Source: Picochlorum sp. SENEW3
Taxonomy: Eukaryota
Direction of reading: 5' to 3'
Assembly (NCBI GenBank): GCA_034226945.1
Contig: CP120455.1
Location: forward strand, 930,001-994,000
Length of the DNA: 64,000 nt
Numbering within the stretch: the stretch's first letter is position 1; each line of letters begins with the position of its first letter. Below are positions 38,030 through 49,603 of the stretch, piece by piece. The translations under genes and the position numbers were made by a program. Under the pieces are notes generated by a model. The model was not told the origin of the DNA and ran no database searches. It saw nothing but the letters and a program-made list of their open reading frames with translations.

Positions 38030-39468
38030 TCATGCTTTCGTATGGAGCATGCTATGCAGAGGCAGCAGGTCTTCATCTCTCATCACATCTTCTACTGTGG
38101 TGGTGGCGGCCTGGAGTAAAACTTGGATCACGTGCAAAGCCTCTTGGATGCGACCTACTCCAACAAGGCAACATGCAATGTTGTAAAATAGATTGCTCTT
38201 CTCTCGTATAGTACCAGATATGCTGCCGGATTCTAGCGCTTTCTGATACATGGATACAGCCATATCTAATACTGATTGCCATTCTGCATTGGTCGCCATT
38301 CGAAGAATTTTTGCTTGGAGCGCCAAGGCTTCGGCATTCCCTATCAAGGCATCAACACAACTCTTTTGTATCCTGAGTGCCATGTCATACCCATCACCCA
38401 TGGCTTTGCGCGTCAGCTCGAGGGCTTTTTCAAAATCTTTTGATTTGATACAGTTTTCCGCCATGGCGACGTAGACATCGCCTAGAGCAAGATGGGGAGC
38501 TGTTGAGCCCCTGTCAAATGACACAGCATGACACGACCTCTTTTCTGCCTCTTCTAATGCAATCTGAGCATCAGATACGCGTCCTACCTTTTCACTCATC
38601 CATTCAGCATATTGTAATATACCGCTGCCCCAGTCAGTCAACAACGCCGACAGATTGTCACCATTCCTTGAAGAACACAACTCGCATGCTCTCCCATATG
38701 CTTCCATCCCCTTCTCATAGAGACTCTGGGCCTCACCTGAACCACAACTCGCTTCACACGCTGCATGCGACACAAGCATATCAGCTATATTACTCCATGT
38801 CCCACTATCCTCTTCTTTCTGCAGCGCAACCTCATAAAACATACGAGACTCTACAAACAATGGCCGAGCCTGGTCAGAATCCACCACTGCATCCCCCCAT
38901 TCAGCCAATGTATTTGCACAATTATTCAAACAATCCACTCGCATCGACGCAATATCATTAGTAGAAGTAGATTTATAATGCTCTACAGCCGCGTGAAATA
39001 AAGAGCACGCCTGCTGCACCGTTGCCCTTTCGTTCTGAATGGCAGCCTCATTGATCACATCCTCCACACATGTCCCACACACGAGCGCTTCATTCGCACG
39101 CAGTACTTCCTGCGCCATACTCTGTTCAACCTCGGCCAACAAACATGTACAGTCAAGCATCTTCTCCGGCATCCCATCGTCCGTCTGGAGTGCTTCTAGG
39201 TATTTCAACCTGCTCTTTTCAAACAGCTCCAAAGAATGCTTGCCTTTGCTCCTTTCTGCCCTCTGCTGCAATGTCTCTGCCTCTGCATAGACGGATATAA
39301 AAATTAATGAATACTATACGTGCATTCATCTGTATGCAATGCACACGTACCATCGTATGCAGTATCGAACTTGGATTTTTGGATGCATGTCTTGCTTCTA
39401 GTTCCCTGTCGTCGCTGTTGCGGTTTTGACCTCCGATCAGAGTTTCTATTATTATGATGATGATTCAT
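38030..39468 (-). CDS. TPR-like helical repeat protein; probable short first exon
   Basis: Repeated Ala-rich helical motifs (YEVALQ, YQKALE, YNIACC). Confidence 0.65.
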
Positions 39469-39607
39469 GCTTGATTTTTTAATGGTTTCGAATAATAATG
39501 AATATTACTGATGCACTCGGTTTTCAAAAAAAATGTCGGTGGTGACCCTGCATCTCCTACTGTCATTCCAGAATACATACACATTGTTGTTTACATGTAA
39601 AACGATA

Positions 39608-40951
39608 TCATTCATGGTTCACGTCATTATGGGTACCAATATCCCATCCTCTTGTTCGTACAAGACGAATCTGTGCCATCATAAAGACTGTTCTGGTCAG
39701 TCGAGCATAATCTGTTCCTAGAGAGAGCTTGGCCAGGTCCCATGCTGTTGAGATCCACATCAGTGGACCTACAAATACAAATAGCTGTCGAAGGGCAGTG
39801 TATTTGGCAACAGCCCCCATGAGTCGTTGCTTTGCAGTCTCAACAGCAACACGCGTGGCAAATCCTCTGCTTCCAGTCTGAAGTGTGTGTGCGACAACTG
39901 CTCTGTGATGAATGGCACGTTGCACAACCACCCGAGCGACTCGGCCTAGGACATCCAATTGCACTCGTGTTACAGCAAGTGTGGTTGCTACTTTTGCGAC
40001 TGTTGGGACCACATCTTTATACCCAAACGAGATGGGGGACAGGAGGGTTGCCTTGACTGCTGTTTTCAGTTGTCGCAGCGTTGCTGCAGCTTTCTTCTTC
40101 TTCTTCGACACTGTTCGCTCACCATCAACATGACCATCATGGTTTGTATGTTGTGCGTCCACGCAATCAAGCGCTATAGATGCTGCAGTACTCGTATCGT
40201 GATTGTAGCCTACATACTCTGCATGCTGACTCAGTACATGGAGGAAGATTTCAGACTCGAGATCTGCCGTCGCCAACACACTCGAACATGGGACACCCAA
40301 TCTCTTCTTCATATCCAATAAAATATCACGGTACGTCGGCCAGGCCTCGGTCTCTTTTGAAGACGATCTAGTCAATACAGAGACCACATCCGCTGCCAAA
40401 AACCTGAACCGAGATTCTATATACATCTCCATCTCAACCCTCGTGGACACCGCATCACCATATCGCCTCTCATGCATCATATACACTGTTTTCCCTATAG
40501 GACTGAAAACACTCGCCTCATGCAAACAATCACACAATTCTTCCAATTCATCATCACTTGCCAGTTCCAACACATACTGCAAATCAGGATCCCGTGCCGT
40601 TTCTATATTCTTCATCGCATGCACTTCATCATTGCCTACTGAAGTAGCAGCAGCAGCAGCAGCAGCAGTAGTATCATCCGTAGTATCTGCTGCGGTCCTC
40701 TCCTTGGTATGCCTTGGAACACGGTGAACAGGGTCCTGCGGAGTATACTTTAAATTTCTATTATTCACTAGAATAGTATGAACCGCATCCCCCACCCGTT
40801 TCTGAAAAGCACCCTCCTTCTTTCTACGTGGTCTCTTTTGGGTATCATGCGTCCGATGAGCAGCGACAACAATCTTGGGTGAAGACAAGCACAACCCTCC
40901 CCCCGCAACCCCACCTGCGTCCAGCACCCTACATCTATGGATCCTTCGCAT
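39608..40951 (-). CDS. YaaW/UPF0174-like protein, probably plastid
   Basis: LELASDDELEEL, RFRFLAAD, TYRDIL, TADLESEIFLH, GPLMW..TDYARL..MAQIRL, as in cyanobacterial YaaW-family proteins. Confidence 0.75.
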   Translation of the reverse strand: MRRIHRCRVLDAGGVAGGGLCLSSPKIVVAAHRTHDTQKRPRRKKEGAFQKRVGDAVHTILVNNRNLKYTPQDPVHRVPRHTKERTAADTTDDTTAAAAAAATSVGNDEVHAMKNIETARDPDLQYVLELASDDELEELCDCLHEASVFSPIGKTVYMMHERRYGDAVSTRVEMEMYIESRFRFLAADVVSVLTRSSSKETEAWPTYRDILLDMKKRLGVPCSSVLATADLESEIFLHVLSQHAEYVGYNHDTSTAASIALDCVDAQHTNHDGHVDGERTVSKKKKKAAATLRQLKTAVKATLLSPISFGYKDVVPTVAKVATTLAVTRVQLDVLGRVARVVVQRAIHHRAVVAHTLQTGSRGFATRVAVETAKQRLMGAVAKYTALRQLFVFVGPLMWISTAWDLAKLSLGTDYARLTRTVFMMAQIRLVRTRGWDIGTHNDVNHE

Positions 40952-41399
40952 CAAGTATATAGCACTAAATAGTGCTATTTTCGAATTCAGCACTCCCAGG
41001 AGTGATCATATGACGCAGATCATCTGACGCAATTTGAACCAACAACCCAGAATTTTTATTCGACTGTTTCCGACGAACCACTATAAATTTTAGGTATATT
41101 CGTCGTTGTAGAGCAAGAAAAAAAAGAAAAAGAAATAATATATGGATACATCGGCGTTGGAGCTCTGTCCATATGTCTACGATGAGATGTATCTCATCAG
41201 TAGTCGGATGATGATGCCACACCATGATGTGGCGCTTTCAAGCAAGCGCTTTTTTATTTGTTTAGACATGGCGCTAGGAAGACGTCCTACGGGTATCTTT
41301 ATCTATACATATACCTGCCTCTTCAGGTAGAGAGAGATGTGTCGAATCAAAAGAAGAAGAAGGAAATATTACAATGATATCCAAATGCCATCATGGCAA

Positions 41400-41926
41400 T
41401 TACTTTGCCATGGGGTTTGAACTGATGTATGCAATCGCCTCATCACACGATGTAATCTTATCTGCCTCAGTATCTGGAATCTCGATAGCAAACTCCTCCT
41501 CAATAGCCATCACCAATTCAACTGTATCCAAACTATCCAGACCCAAGTCTTTCTGGAACACTGCTGTTGGAGAAATCTGCATTCAATGATGATAATACAT
41601 GGTAATATCGTCCAATCCAAACAATGCTTTCTACTCCTCCAATCAATTGTGAGACAATGCATAGGATATGGGAATGAATGATCAAGAAAACGTACCTTTG
41701 ATTGATCAACCTTGTCGAAATTCTTCACCACACTGAGAACTCTGTCAGTCACCTCATTCTTGTCCAGATACGAGGTTGCCGCAAAGGATCGGATGGATCC
41801 CAAAGAAAACACAGTGGATAATGATGAAGGTGTTTCTGTAAGAGATGATGTTAGGGTGTGGCTTCCAGCCCTTGTTTGGATGAATGCTGTGGCGATGGAT
41901 CTTCGAATGATAGCCTGCAAGGACAT
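41400..41926 (-). CDS. Mitochondrial acyl carrier protein; intron 41577-41695
   Basis: [11 protein letters not shown] phosphopantetheine site; mitochondrial presequence. Confidence 0.95.
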
Positions 41927-42275
41927 GATGATCTGTTTACTGATCTATTATTTTCAGTGTATTGTATTAAATATGATTGTGTTCTCGGGTGGGATGGGGA
42001 TGGAGGATTTGTCTCACATCCATTGAATGTGCGGGTCCTTCCTGGAGAAGGGGTATGTCCGTAAATAGATATATGAAAAAAAAGATGACGAGGACGTTGT
42101 CCCAGGCATGTCGGCTCATGTGTGGCTCGAAAAACCCACAAGGACAGACTGGGTTTTATGCGAATGAAAGAAATATATCCGTGTCGGATATACACTATGG
42201 GCTACTACTACTATAATGAAGATTTAAATCAAGAAGAGTACAATATTTTGTTCATATTTGCAAAGACGTTCGACA

Positions 42276-42749
42276 ATGATGACACTGATGAGTAACCAGC
42301 TGGTGGTTCTGGTGGTGATGTTTCTCTGTATCGGTGTGGCGCATGCATCGTCACGGGGCGTTGCTCGAGAGTTATTAGAGGATACACACGCGAAGAATAA
42401 GACACTGCCGAGTGTGTCGTATGTCAGTATCAGGTTTGACAGCAGTTCTCCTGTGGAAAATCAAGCGGCGGCAGCTCAGAGTCAGAGCGGAGGGATTGGG
42501 TCCTGGCTTGACAGGAAGAAGAATAAGTTCACTGGTGGCGATTCTTCAGGATCTCAGCGTGATGAATCACCATTCGTTGAAGGCACAGCATCAGTCGATC
42601 AGAGCAGGGACGTGGTGTCGCCAGTGAGTGGTGTGTCAGCTACTGGTGGGAGCGGGCAGATGGATGAGGACGTGGCGTTGTGGCAGAGACAGCAACTGTT
42701 GGAACAGCTCCTTGAGCAAACAGAGCAAGAGCTTGCAATGAGGAATTGA
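42276..42749 (+). CDS. Secreted hypothetical protein (paralog of 43359-44120)
   Basis: Signal peptide; motifs shared with the neighbour. Confidence 0.7.
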   Translation: MMTLMSNQLVVLVVMFLCIGVAHASSRGVARELLEDTHAKNKTLPSVSYVSIRFDSSSPVENQAAAAQSQSGGIGSWLDRKKNKFTGGDSSGSQRDESPFVEGTASVDQSRDVVSPVSGVSATGGSGQMDEDVALWQRQQLLEQLLEQTEQELAMRN

Positions 42750-43358
42750 TGAATCGTGCTTGATGTGATATTTCATTCCATTCGTGGCTATTTGATGTAA
42801 CGTGACAATACATGTTAACTCTCTGATATTACAACCATCACAACCACCAACAGACATCCCAGGGGACACAGGTTAACGTGGGTTGAACGATAGCATTGTT
42901 TGTGTGATGCATTTGTCGAATGTTCGGTGTGACAAGGTGAGGTGATCACGAAGGGTCGCCTTGGGGGCTGATGGGATGCAGGGCTGTTCCAAGAGGTTTG
43001 TCGTACCGACGTGGGTATCGATTTTGAATGCTGCTGCAGCATGTTTCATCATCTTAACCATGAGCATGTATGTATGTTTCATGCATGTCGCTCGAGTATA
43101 CATAAAATATTCAGAATAAAAATATATATTCTGCAAAAACTGTTGTCCATACGCCATTGCAGGGCGATTACACGGTTTGTTGTCTTGTTCATATTGTACT
43201 ATTCGTCGGAGCAGCTGCCTCACCCAGTCAGATACTCTTGTGTTTCTCGGAGAATCGAACGATCGAGATATCACTCAGCACGCACGGATTTATTTCTGTC
43301 ATCGTCATACAACAAGAAGACTGACCTAAAGGTGACGAGCGTATCAATAAAAAGACAA

Positions 43359-44120
43359 ATGAAGCATTCTTTTGTCCATACTCATGGGAGGGGGGGTGGA
43401 CATCTTGTGACGGTGTTGCTCCTCCTGCTATTGGTGGTGCGGAGCAGAGCCACGGAAGATGAGTTTGAAAGCTTTGGAATTTCCAGAGAGTTGCTTCAAT
43501 CGAGTCCTACGTTTGCGTATACAAATATTCGATATGAATCGAGCACGCCCATAGAGCATTATGATAAATTTGGTGGGGGAACGGATCCATTCGTTCCAGG
43601 AGCACCGCCCCCATCGAATGAGGGCGGTGGTGTCCCAATCCTTGATAGAGCGAGTACGAGTCCAGAGAATCCATTTGTAAATGAAGCAGCGTCGTCTGCT
43701 TCGACAGATTTGACAGAGTTTTCAAAGGAGGATTTGGAGAAGAGGAAGGACATGCTGCTGGCAATGCTCGAGCAGACAAACAGTGATTTGGCTGAGATAC
43801 CTCCGTCCCCAGCTCCTCCGTCAGAAGAAGAAGAGGATGTTCCTCTGATATCTACATTCCAAACCAGGTCTGCACGGGCTCCAGCAGTAGAGTATCTGCC
43901 CCAGAAATCGGTTCCAGATAGAGAAAGTCTTTTGAAAGCATTAGAGAAACGGGTCATGGGCAACACAGAGAATGAGAGTCCACAGGTGACGACTCTGGAC
44001 ACAAAGCCTCATGTGACTGATCTGGGCAAGGCACCTCCAGCATCGTCTGGAGTGATGGCCTGGAATAAAAACGCTATTTTGATAGCAGCAGCTTTCATCA
44101 GCGTGCTCTTCACCATGTAG
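43359..44120 (+). CDS. Secreted, probably GPI- or membrane-anchored hypothetical protein
   Basis: Signal peptide; Pro/Ser/Glu-rich body; hydrophobic C-terminus AILIAAAFISVLFTM. Confidence 0.7.
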   Translation: MKHSFVHTHGRGGGHLVTVLLLLLLVVRSRATEDEFESFGISRELLQSSPTFAYTNIRYESSTPIEHYDKFGGGTDPFVPGAPPPSNEGGGVPILDRASTSPENPFVNEAASSASTDLTEFSKEDLEKRKDMLLAMLEQTNSDLAEIPPSPAPPSEEEEDVPLISTFQTRSARAPAVEYLPQKSVPDRESLLKALEKRVMGNTENESPQVTTLDTKPHVTDLGKAPPASSGVMAWNKNAILIAAAFISVLFTM

Positions 44121-44291
44121 AGAGAAGCATTCTTTTTTCTCAGTCGTACTACTACTGATTGCATTGTACTTGATTTTATTTCATTGACGTGATGTAAATG
44201 CCACACCACACAGACACACCAACAGAAAATAAGATGGGTTCACTCGGTTTATGTACGTGATACTAATAATAAATAATGCCTACTCCATCCA

Positions 44292-45019
44292 TCATCGAGA
44301 TGATGTCTTTCCTGCATCATCAGATGATGCAGGAGGGGACATGAGGAGTGCCCGCTTTGAATATCGAAAGCGCGTGGGGGCATCCGGAGACCCGTGCCCA
44401 AAGTCTTTCATGAATTCTTTCAATGCTGTTGGCAACTCTCCTGGACCAGTAAACGTCTCTTCGGATGCTACATCAACAGTGGTATCCGAGGTTCCCAGAG
44501 TTGCAGGTCGAGGCTTTCTCCTCTGGCCAAGAATCTCGGGCCGAGGGATGATTGACCCAGATGCCAGATTCCCTCGAGTCACTCGAACCTTTGTTCCATC
44601 CTCAAGATACCTCCATGTGACCTTGACGGGAGCTTTCGTCACAGGATCGATCAGGCTTACGTTGGCATAGGCCAGAGGGCTCTCCACACTGACCATACCA
44701 CCAGGATTCTCTTGCGTCTTTTTGACGGCGCGTTTATTCTGCATATTTGTATGTCACTATGAGATGTTGATAGGCCTCAACATGAGAATATATCGCATCG
44801 GTTCCATGAGTGTCTTAAGAAACAAGTGTAATTAATACAACGTACCAAGTTGAGACCTTCAATGAGTACTCTGGGAAACTTCTCATCTCTAATGACCTTG
44901 GTGACAGTACCTATTTGACCAGCATCTTTACCTGATCGAATCATCACTTGGTCGCCGCGAAGAATTTTCCACTTTTGTTTGTCAAACATGGGCTTGATAG
45001 CCCGACGCCATCCTGCCAT
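44292..45019 (-). CDS. Mitochondrial ribosomal protein uL24m; intron 44739-44845
   Basis: WKILRGDQVMIRSGKDAG KOW motif; NVSLIDP; GTKVRV. Confidence 0.92.
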
Positions 45020-45071
45020 GTGGCTATCTATTTCTATTATTCAATGCAATATCTTTACAATTGAATTTGAC

Positions 45072-47525
45072 TTAATGGTGCATTTGATCGGTATCATCTG
45101 ATGAGGCGTGGTCCGGTGGAATCTCCACTCCATGCTGGTGTAGGAGCTGTTCCAATTCCTCAATCCTGCTCTGTAGATGGGAGCATTTGGATTGGACGAC
45201 TTGCTGCGTCAGAGATACAGCAAGTTTCATTGGGATTTGTCCGTCCGAGCTGCCACCGGTGATGGGAGTACCAGAAGCCATGGTGTCCAAGACAGAGTTG
45301 AAGTATGCAGCAGACTGTGCAGACACTGATCGCCTGGTACCCTCTGCTGCATGGACCAGGTGGTCCTTTGTCAACACGATGCCGTCTGTTGATCCTTGTT
45401 GTATGCTTGCGTGAATGAGATGCTTCGAGGCTCTGCGAGCGAGCTCAGCAATGTCAGCTCCACTGAATCCCTCAAACATGTCCTCGTGCTCCATGGCAAA
45501 TTCTTCCAGGTCAAAGCCTTCTTCCTTTGGGCACTTGGACAGCGACTTTTTCAGGATTGATATGCGTCCTTCATGGTCTGGGAGAGGCACATGAATCAAT
45601 TGTGCCAAGCGTCCTGGTCGTAAAAGGGCCGGGTCAATTGTCTCAGGTCTATTTGTAGCACCAATCACAATGACACCGCTTGTCTTTTCTCTCTCCACCC
45701 CATCAATTTCGCAGAGTAATTGTGCTACGACTCGTGCTGCAATATCTCCGTCGTTGCTTGCTCCGACTGTCGATGATGTTCGTCGTCTTGGTGCCAAGGC
45801 ATCCAATTCATCAATAAACACAACACATGGTTTTGATAATCTTGCAGCCGCAAAAATCTCTCGGATTGTACGCTCGCTTTCACCCATCCACTTTTGGAGC
45901 ACTTCAGGTCCATTAATACATACAAAATTGGCTTTGCAGGAATGGGCGACTGCTTTTGCGAGGAGTGTCTTGCCACAGCCTGGGGGCCCATAGAGGAGTG
46001 CTCCAGAACTCATGGCCATCCCATACTGCTCTATGATAGAATAATGATGTGTAGGCCATTCAATAAGCTCTTTAAGTTCATTCTTTACGTCTTCCAACCC
46101 ACCGATATCATCCCAGGATGTCTTGCTGGTCTGCGGAAGATGCATCCCAAAAGATCTCAACACACCTGGTCGAAGCGATTGCACAGAGGCGATGAGATGC
46201 TTCATCTCTATAACGGGCAGAGATTCAGGCGGCGTTGAGATATCAATTGCACCATCCAAGCTATCTATGACTGCTGCAAGTGCTGCTTCAGATACAGTGG
46301 CTGCGATATCTGCTGCCAAAAAGCCTTGCATATCATCACATAGGGCTGACAAGTCCACGTCTGGTGCACACTGTGCATGTGCGATGCAGCCTTTCAAAAT
46401 TTCCAATCGATCTTCGGGAGATGGACTTCCCATGTACAGCTCTGTATCCAACCGACCGTACCTTCGCAATGATGGATCAATGGATCCCAGTTGGTTTGTT
46501 GCACAAACAACAGCAACATCTGGTCCAGAATCCCGTCTCAAGGAATCTAAAAGGCTCACAAAAAGATTCGTTGAGAATGCATCAATATTATTCGATGATG
46601 CACTATCTTTATTTGGGACCAGAGCTTCGAAATTATCGAAAAATAATATGGATGGTGCACATGACGTTGCCTTTCTGAATGCACTCTTCAACCTGTTCTC
46701 TGCATCTTCATTTCCCACACACTCTGGACATGATACAGTGATCACAGGGACACCACTCTCTTGCTCAAGTCTCGATAATAAATGCGTTTTACCCGATCCT
46801 GAAGGTCCATGTAATAAGACACCTCTACCAGCAGCAACGCCAAGTCTCTGACACAAACCTCTGTGCTTCAATGGAATCACAATATGCTCCCGTAACTTTT
46901 TCTTCAAACCTTCAAATCCACCAACAGATTTGAATCCACTCGCACCATTTTCTTGCTTCACCTGTCGCTTTCGTTTCATGGTTGCATCATATGCTGCCGA
47001 CTCTCGCAGCAAAGCATCACGCCCATCCCCCCATCTCCTGGCAGCAATCATATGCTCCATTTTCGATCGTTCCATACATTGTAACATCTCTGACGTGCAT
47101 TCATCATTGTCTCTAACCCACTTCCATTCATCGAAACAAAACACCCACCCCTGTTGACCAGCATCAAGAGGCAACCCATCACACCGTACACCATTCTGCA
47201 CCCAGCTCTTGTTTCCACCCAATCCCCAATCTGTATCCATTCCACCCACAAGTATATCCTCATTCTTCTTGCTAGTAGTCTGAGCACTCATGGCTGCCTC
47301 GCGAAACAAGGGCGTCGCAGTCTTTCCTAAGAATCGACTCTGTGACCTTGCTCCTCCAATAGCACGCTGAGCATTCGTATCTTCTTCCCCCGTCCTCTCC
47401 ACAGCAGGCTCTCTATCAGCAACAATAACACTAGATGTTTCTGGCTCTTTATAGGCGCCTCCGCCTCCGAAAATGGAGGACGTTTGCCACCACGACCCGG
47501 GTGTCATGGTTGAGGGTTCAGACAT
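45072..47525 (-). CDS. CDC48/p97-like double AAA+ ATPase (divergent)
   Basis: GVLLHGPSGSGKT and ALLYGPPGCGKT; WDDIGGLEDVK; GATNRP..DPALLRPGR. Confidence 0.88.
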   Translation of the reverse strand: MSEPSTMTPGSWWQTSSIFGGGGAYKEPETSSVIVADREPAVERTGEEDTNAQRAIGGARSQSRFLGKTATPLFREAAMSAQTTSKKNEDILVGGMDTDWGLGGNKSWVQNGVRCDGLPLDAGQQGWVFCFDEWKWVRDNDECTSEMLQCMERSKMEHMIAARRWGDGRDALLRESAAYDATMKRKRQVKQENGASGFKSVGGFEGLKKKLREHIVIPLKHRGLCQRLGVAAGRGVLLHGPSGSGKTHLLSRLEQESGVPVITVSCPECVGNEDAENRLKSAFRKATSCAPSILFFDNFEALVPNKDSASSNNIDAFSTNLFVSLLDSLRRDSGPDVAVVCATNQLGSIDPSLRRYGRLDTELYMGSPSPEDRLEILKGCIAHAQCAPDVDLSALCDDMQGFLAADIAATVSEAALAAVIDSLDGAIDISTPPESLPVIEMKHLIASVQSLRPGVLRSFGMHLPQTSKTSWDDIGGLEDVKNELKELIEWPTHHYSIIEQYGMAMSSGALLYGPPGCGKTLLAKAVAHSCKANFVCINGPEVLQKWMGESERTIREIFAAARLSKPCVVFIDELDALAPRRRTSSTVGASNDGDIAARVVAQLLCEIDGVEREKTSGVIVIGATNRPETIDPALLRPGRLAQLIHVPLPDHEGRISILKKSLSKCPKEEGFDLEEFAMEHEDMFEGFSGADIAELARRASKHLIHASIQQGSTDGIVLTKDHLVHAAEGTRRSVSAQSAAYFNSVLDTMASGTPITGGSSDGQIPMKLAVSLTQQVVQSKCSHLQSRIEELEQLLHQHGVEIPPDHASSDDTDQMHH

Positions 47526-47761
47526 GTCTTTTTGTATCTAACGTTCTCTTCTCGGTGTATAGGAGTCCTTTGGTATCTGTAAGGTGAATATTGTGATATT
47601 TTTACTATACCAAATGTATCCTTTGCAGAGGTTGTGGGGAAATTATGATGAAATGCATCCAATGGATGCAATGAAGCAGGCACCTGCTACTTGATTCTGA
47701 ACCACCCATTTGGCCACACCGGTCTCATTGCCGGAGGCAGTCTATTTTATCAAATACAACG

Positions 47762-48580
47762 ATGAAGCCTTCGGTGGTGACAAATAGTCATCATGGATTG
47801 TTTTTGAATCCCAGAAGGGTGTCTCAGCGATATTCTGTTGTACCGCAGTGTGCAGCAGGTGAGCGTGTTGGTTCTGGCACCGATAGCGGAGCAGGGTACA
47901 GTAGAAGGAGATCTGAGATTATCAAAGATGCATGCATGATAGGAATAGGTTATTTAATGGGGTTGCAGCCTTCGAGCGCCCGTGCAGCTGAAGATCTTGT
48001 CACTACTTTGGAGCCAGTGGCACAGACAGCAACGGTGGGGGATGTTGTGTTGTCCACGTTGAGCGATTGCTCTCTTGCTGTGTCTGTGTATCCAAAATTT
48101 TCGTACAATGCAAGTGGAGGAGGTGGAAGAGGCCGCGTTGTGTCTCAGGAAGGAGACATCTTGCATGTTGAATTTGACGCCAGCGCATTGAATATTCCCC
48201 CAATAGATTATGCATCCACCAAAGTCATCGGGGTTCCCATTCCTCCACCACTGCAAATCCGTATTATTCCGAAAGAATTGAAAGGTACTGTGAATAGGAG
48301 AACTGGTGAGACGAATCTCAACTTTGATGCCTTGTTCCAATTCGATGCTGGTTCACTGTACCATGCAAAACCTCTTTCTGTTGCAACGACGCTCTCTACA
48401 GAGGGATCATCTGGTACTTTATTACGGGGATCTGGTGCCCGTATGATGGATGGAAGTGGAAAAGCCAAGCTCGCTGGTGTCGCGCAAGTCCCAAAGACTG
48501 GGGATGGTTTTTTGGATTCATTTCTTTTGCTGCCATCTGAAGCACTGGCAGTCCTCAGTGCAGATCTTACATTCACATAA
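47762..48580 (+). CDS. Conserved hypothetical plastid protein, possibly thylakoid lumen (Tat substrate)
   Basis: Transit peptide, then SRRR, a hydrophobic stretch and ARA-A cleavage site; YPKFSYNASGGGG motif. Confidence 0.7.
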   Translation: MKPSVVTNSHHGLFLNPRRVSQRYSVVPQCAAGERVGSGTDSGAGYSRRRSEIIKDACMIGIGYLMGLQPSSARAAEDLVTTLEPVAQTATVGDVVLSTLSDCSLAVSVYPKFSYNASGGGGRGRVVSQEGDILHVEFDASALNIPPIDYASTKVIGVPIPPPLQIRIIPKELKGTVNRRTGETNLNFDALFQFDAGSLYHAKPLSVATTLSTEGSSGTLLRGSGARMMDGSGKAKLAGVAQVPKTGDGFLDSFLLLPSEALAVLSADLTFT

Positions 48581-48639
48581 TAATTTATTACTATAACACT
48601 ATCGATTCAAAGAAGACAAGTAAGCGGAACAGAAAATCA

Positions 48640-49521
48640 TCACGCATCTTTGCGCATCGGTAAATACCTGTGGTCCTTTGCTGAATTCTTCCTTCTCCTC
48701 TTTTCCATATACTTTTGCAACTGCCCACTCTCCTTCAACTCCTTGTATTGCAACAGCAGCTCTTGTTTCTTTATCTCGCTCTTCTTCAGATGATACTTAC
48801 GAGATTGGCCGCGAGTAGCTTGCTTGTGTGCTTCCAAAACTTTCTCCCTACGGGACTCTTTTCGCCGCCGAGCCTCCTCCGTCTTGAGCTGCTGCGTAAC
48901 CTTTTGCAATTTCTTCTGCAGTCTCTCCTTCTTTCGAGCACTTTTTATCTTTGACAATGATTCTTTCAGTTCACGGCGCTCTTCTGGAAGCTTCTCATCA
49001 AACACAAAGGAATACCTCTTTTTGAAATCCTTCTCCTCATACTTGCCAGACAATGAGTCAAACCGAGGATCTCTGACACGCTTTTTCTTCATTCCAGAAC
49101 CGTCTCCAAGACCCAGAAGGGAATCTCGAAGCACAGAAACAGGCTTCTTGGAAGACATTTCCACTGGTCTATGCTTGTGTTCTCTTGTGAAAACCTTCTT
49201 CTTCTTCTTCTCCTCCTCCTCCTCCTTTTGTGACTCTGTCTGATCACCATCTTGCTCTTTCTGTCGACGTTTTGATTCAGGGATGGCATGCTTCTTCGGA
49301 AGAGCAATCTCACCTCGCTGGTACAATTGCACGCGTTGCCCAAGCGGCAACAGCGAGTCCCTATCAATCTCTTGGTCGTCTTGGTCGTCCTCAAACCCAC
49401 TACTGCTGCTGCTGCTACCAGAACTATCACGCTCATATTCAGATGAATTTTCTGCCGATATCACATCCTCCTCGTCACCGCCACCGTCCAAATGATGTTT
49501 CTCCAAGCTTGCATGTCCCAT
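48640..49521 (-). CDS. RRP36: rRNA processing protein RRP36 (DUF947)
   Basis: PVEMSSKKPV, RDPRFDSLSG, KRYSF, KYMEKRRRKN. Confidence 0.92.
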   Translation of the reverse strand: MGHASLEKHHLDGGGDEEDVISAENSSEYERDSSGSSSSSSGFEDDQDDQEIDRDSLLPLGQRVQLYQRGEIALPKKHAIPESKRRQKEQDGDQTESQKEEEEEKKKKKVFTREHKHRPVEMSSKKPVSVLRDSLLGLGDGSGMKKKRVRDPRFDSLSGKYEEKDFKKRYSFVFDEKLPEERRELKESLSKIKSARKKERLQKKLQKVTQQLKTEEARRRKESRREKVLEAHKQATRGQSRKYHLKKSEIKKQELLLQYKELKESGQLQKYMEKRRRKNSAKDHRYLPMRKDA

Positions 49522-49603
49522 GTCCGCATGCAACCCTCTCTTTCTTTCACGCATATACCCTCCCAATATTTTTACAATACATGTATTTATTTGTATATCA
49601 GGA

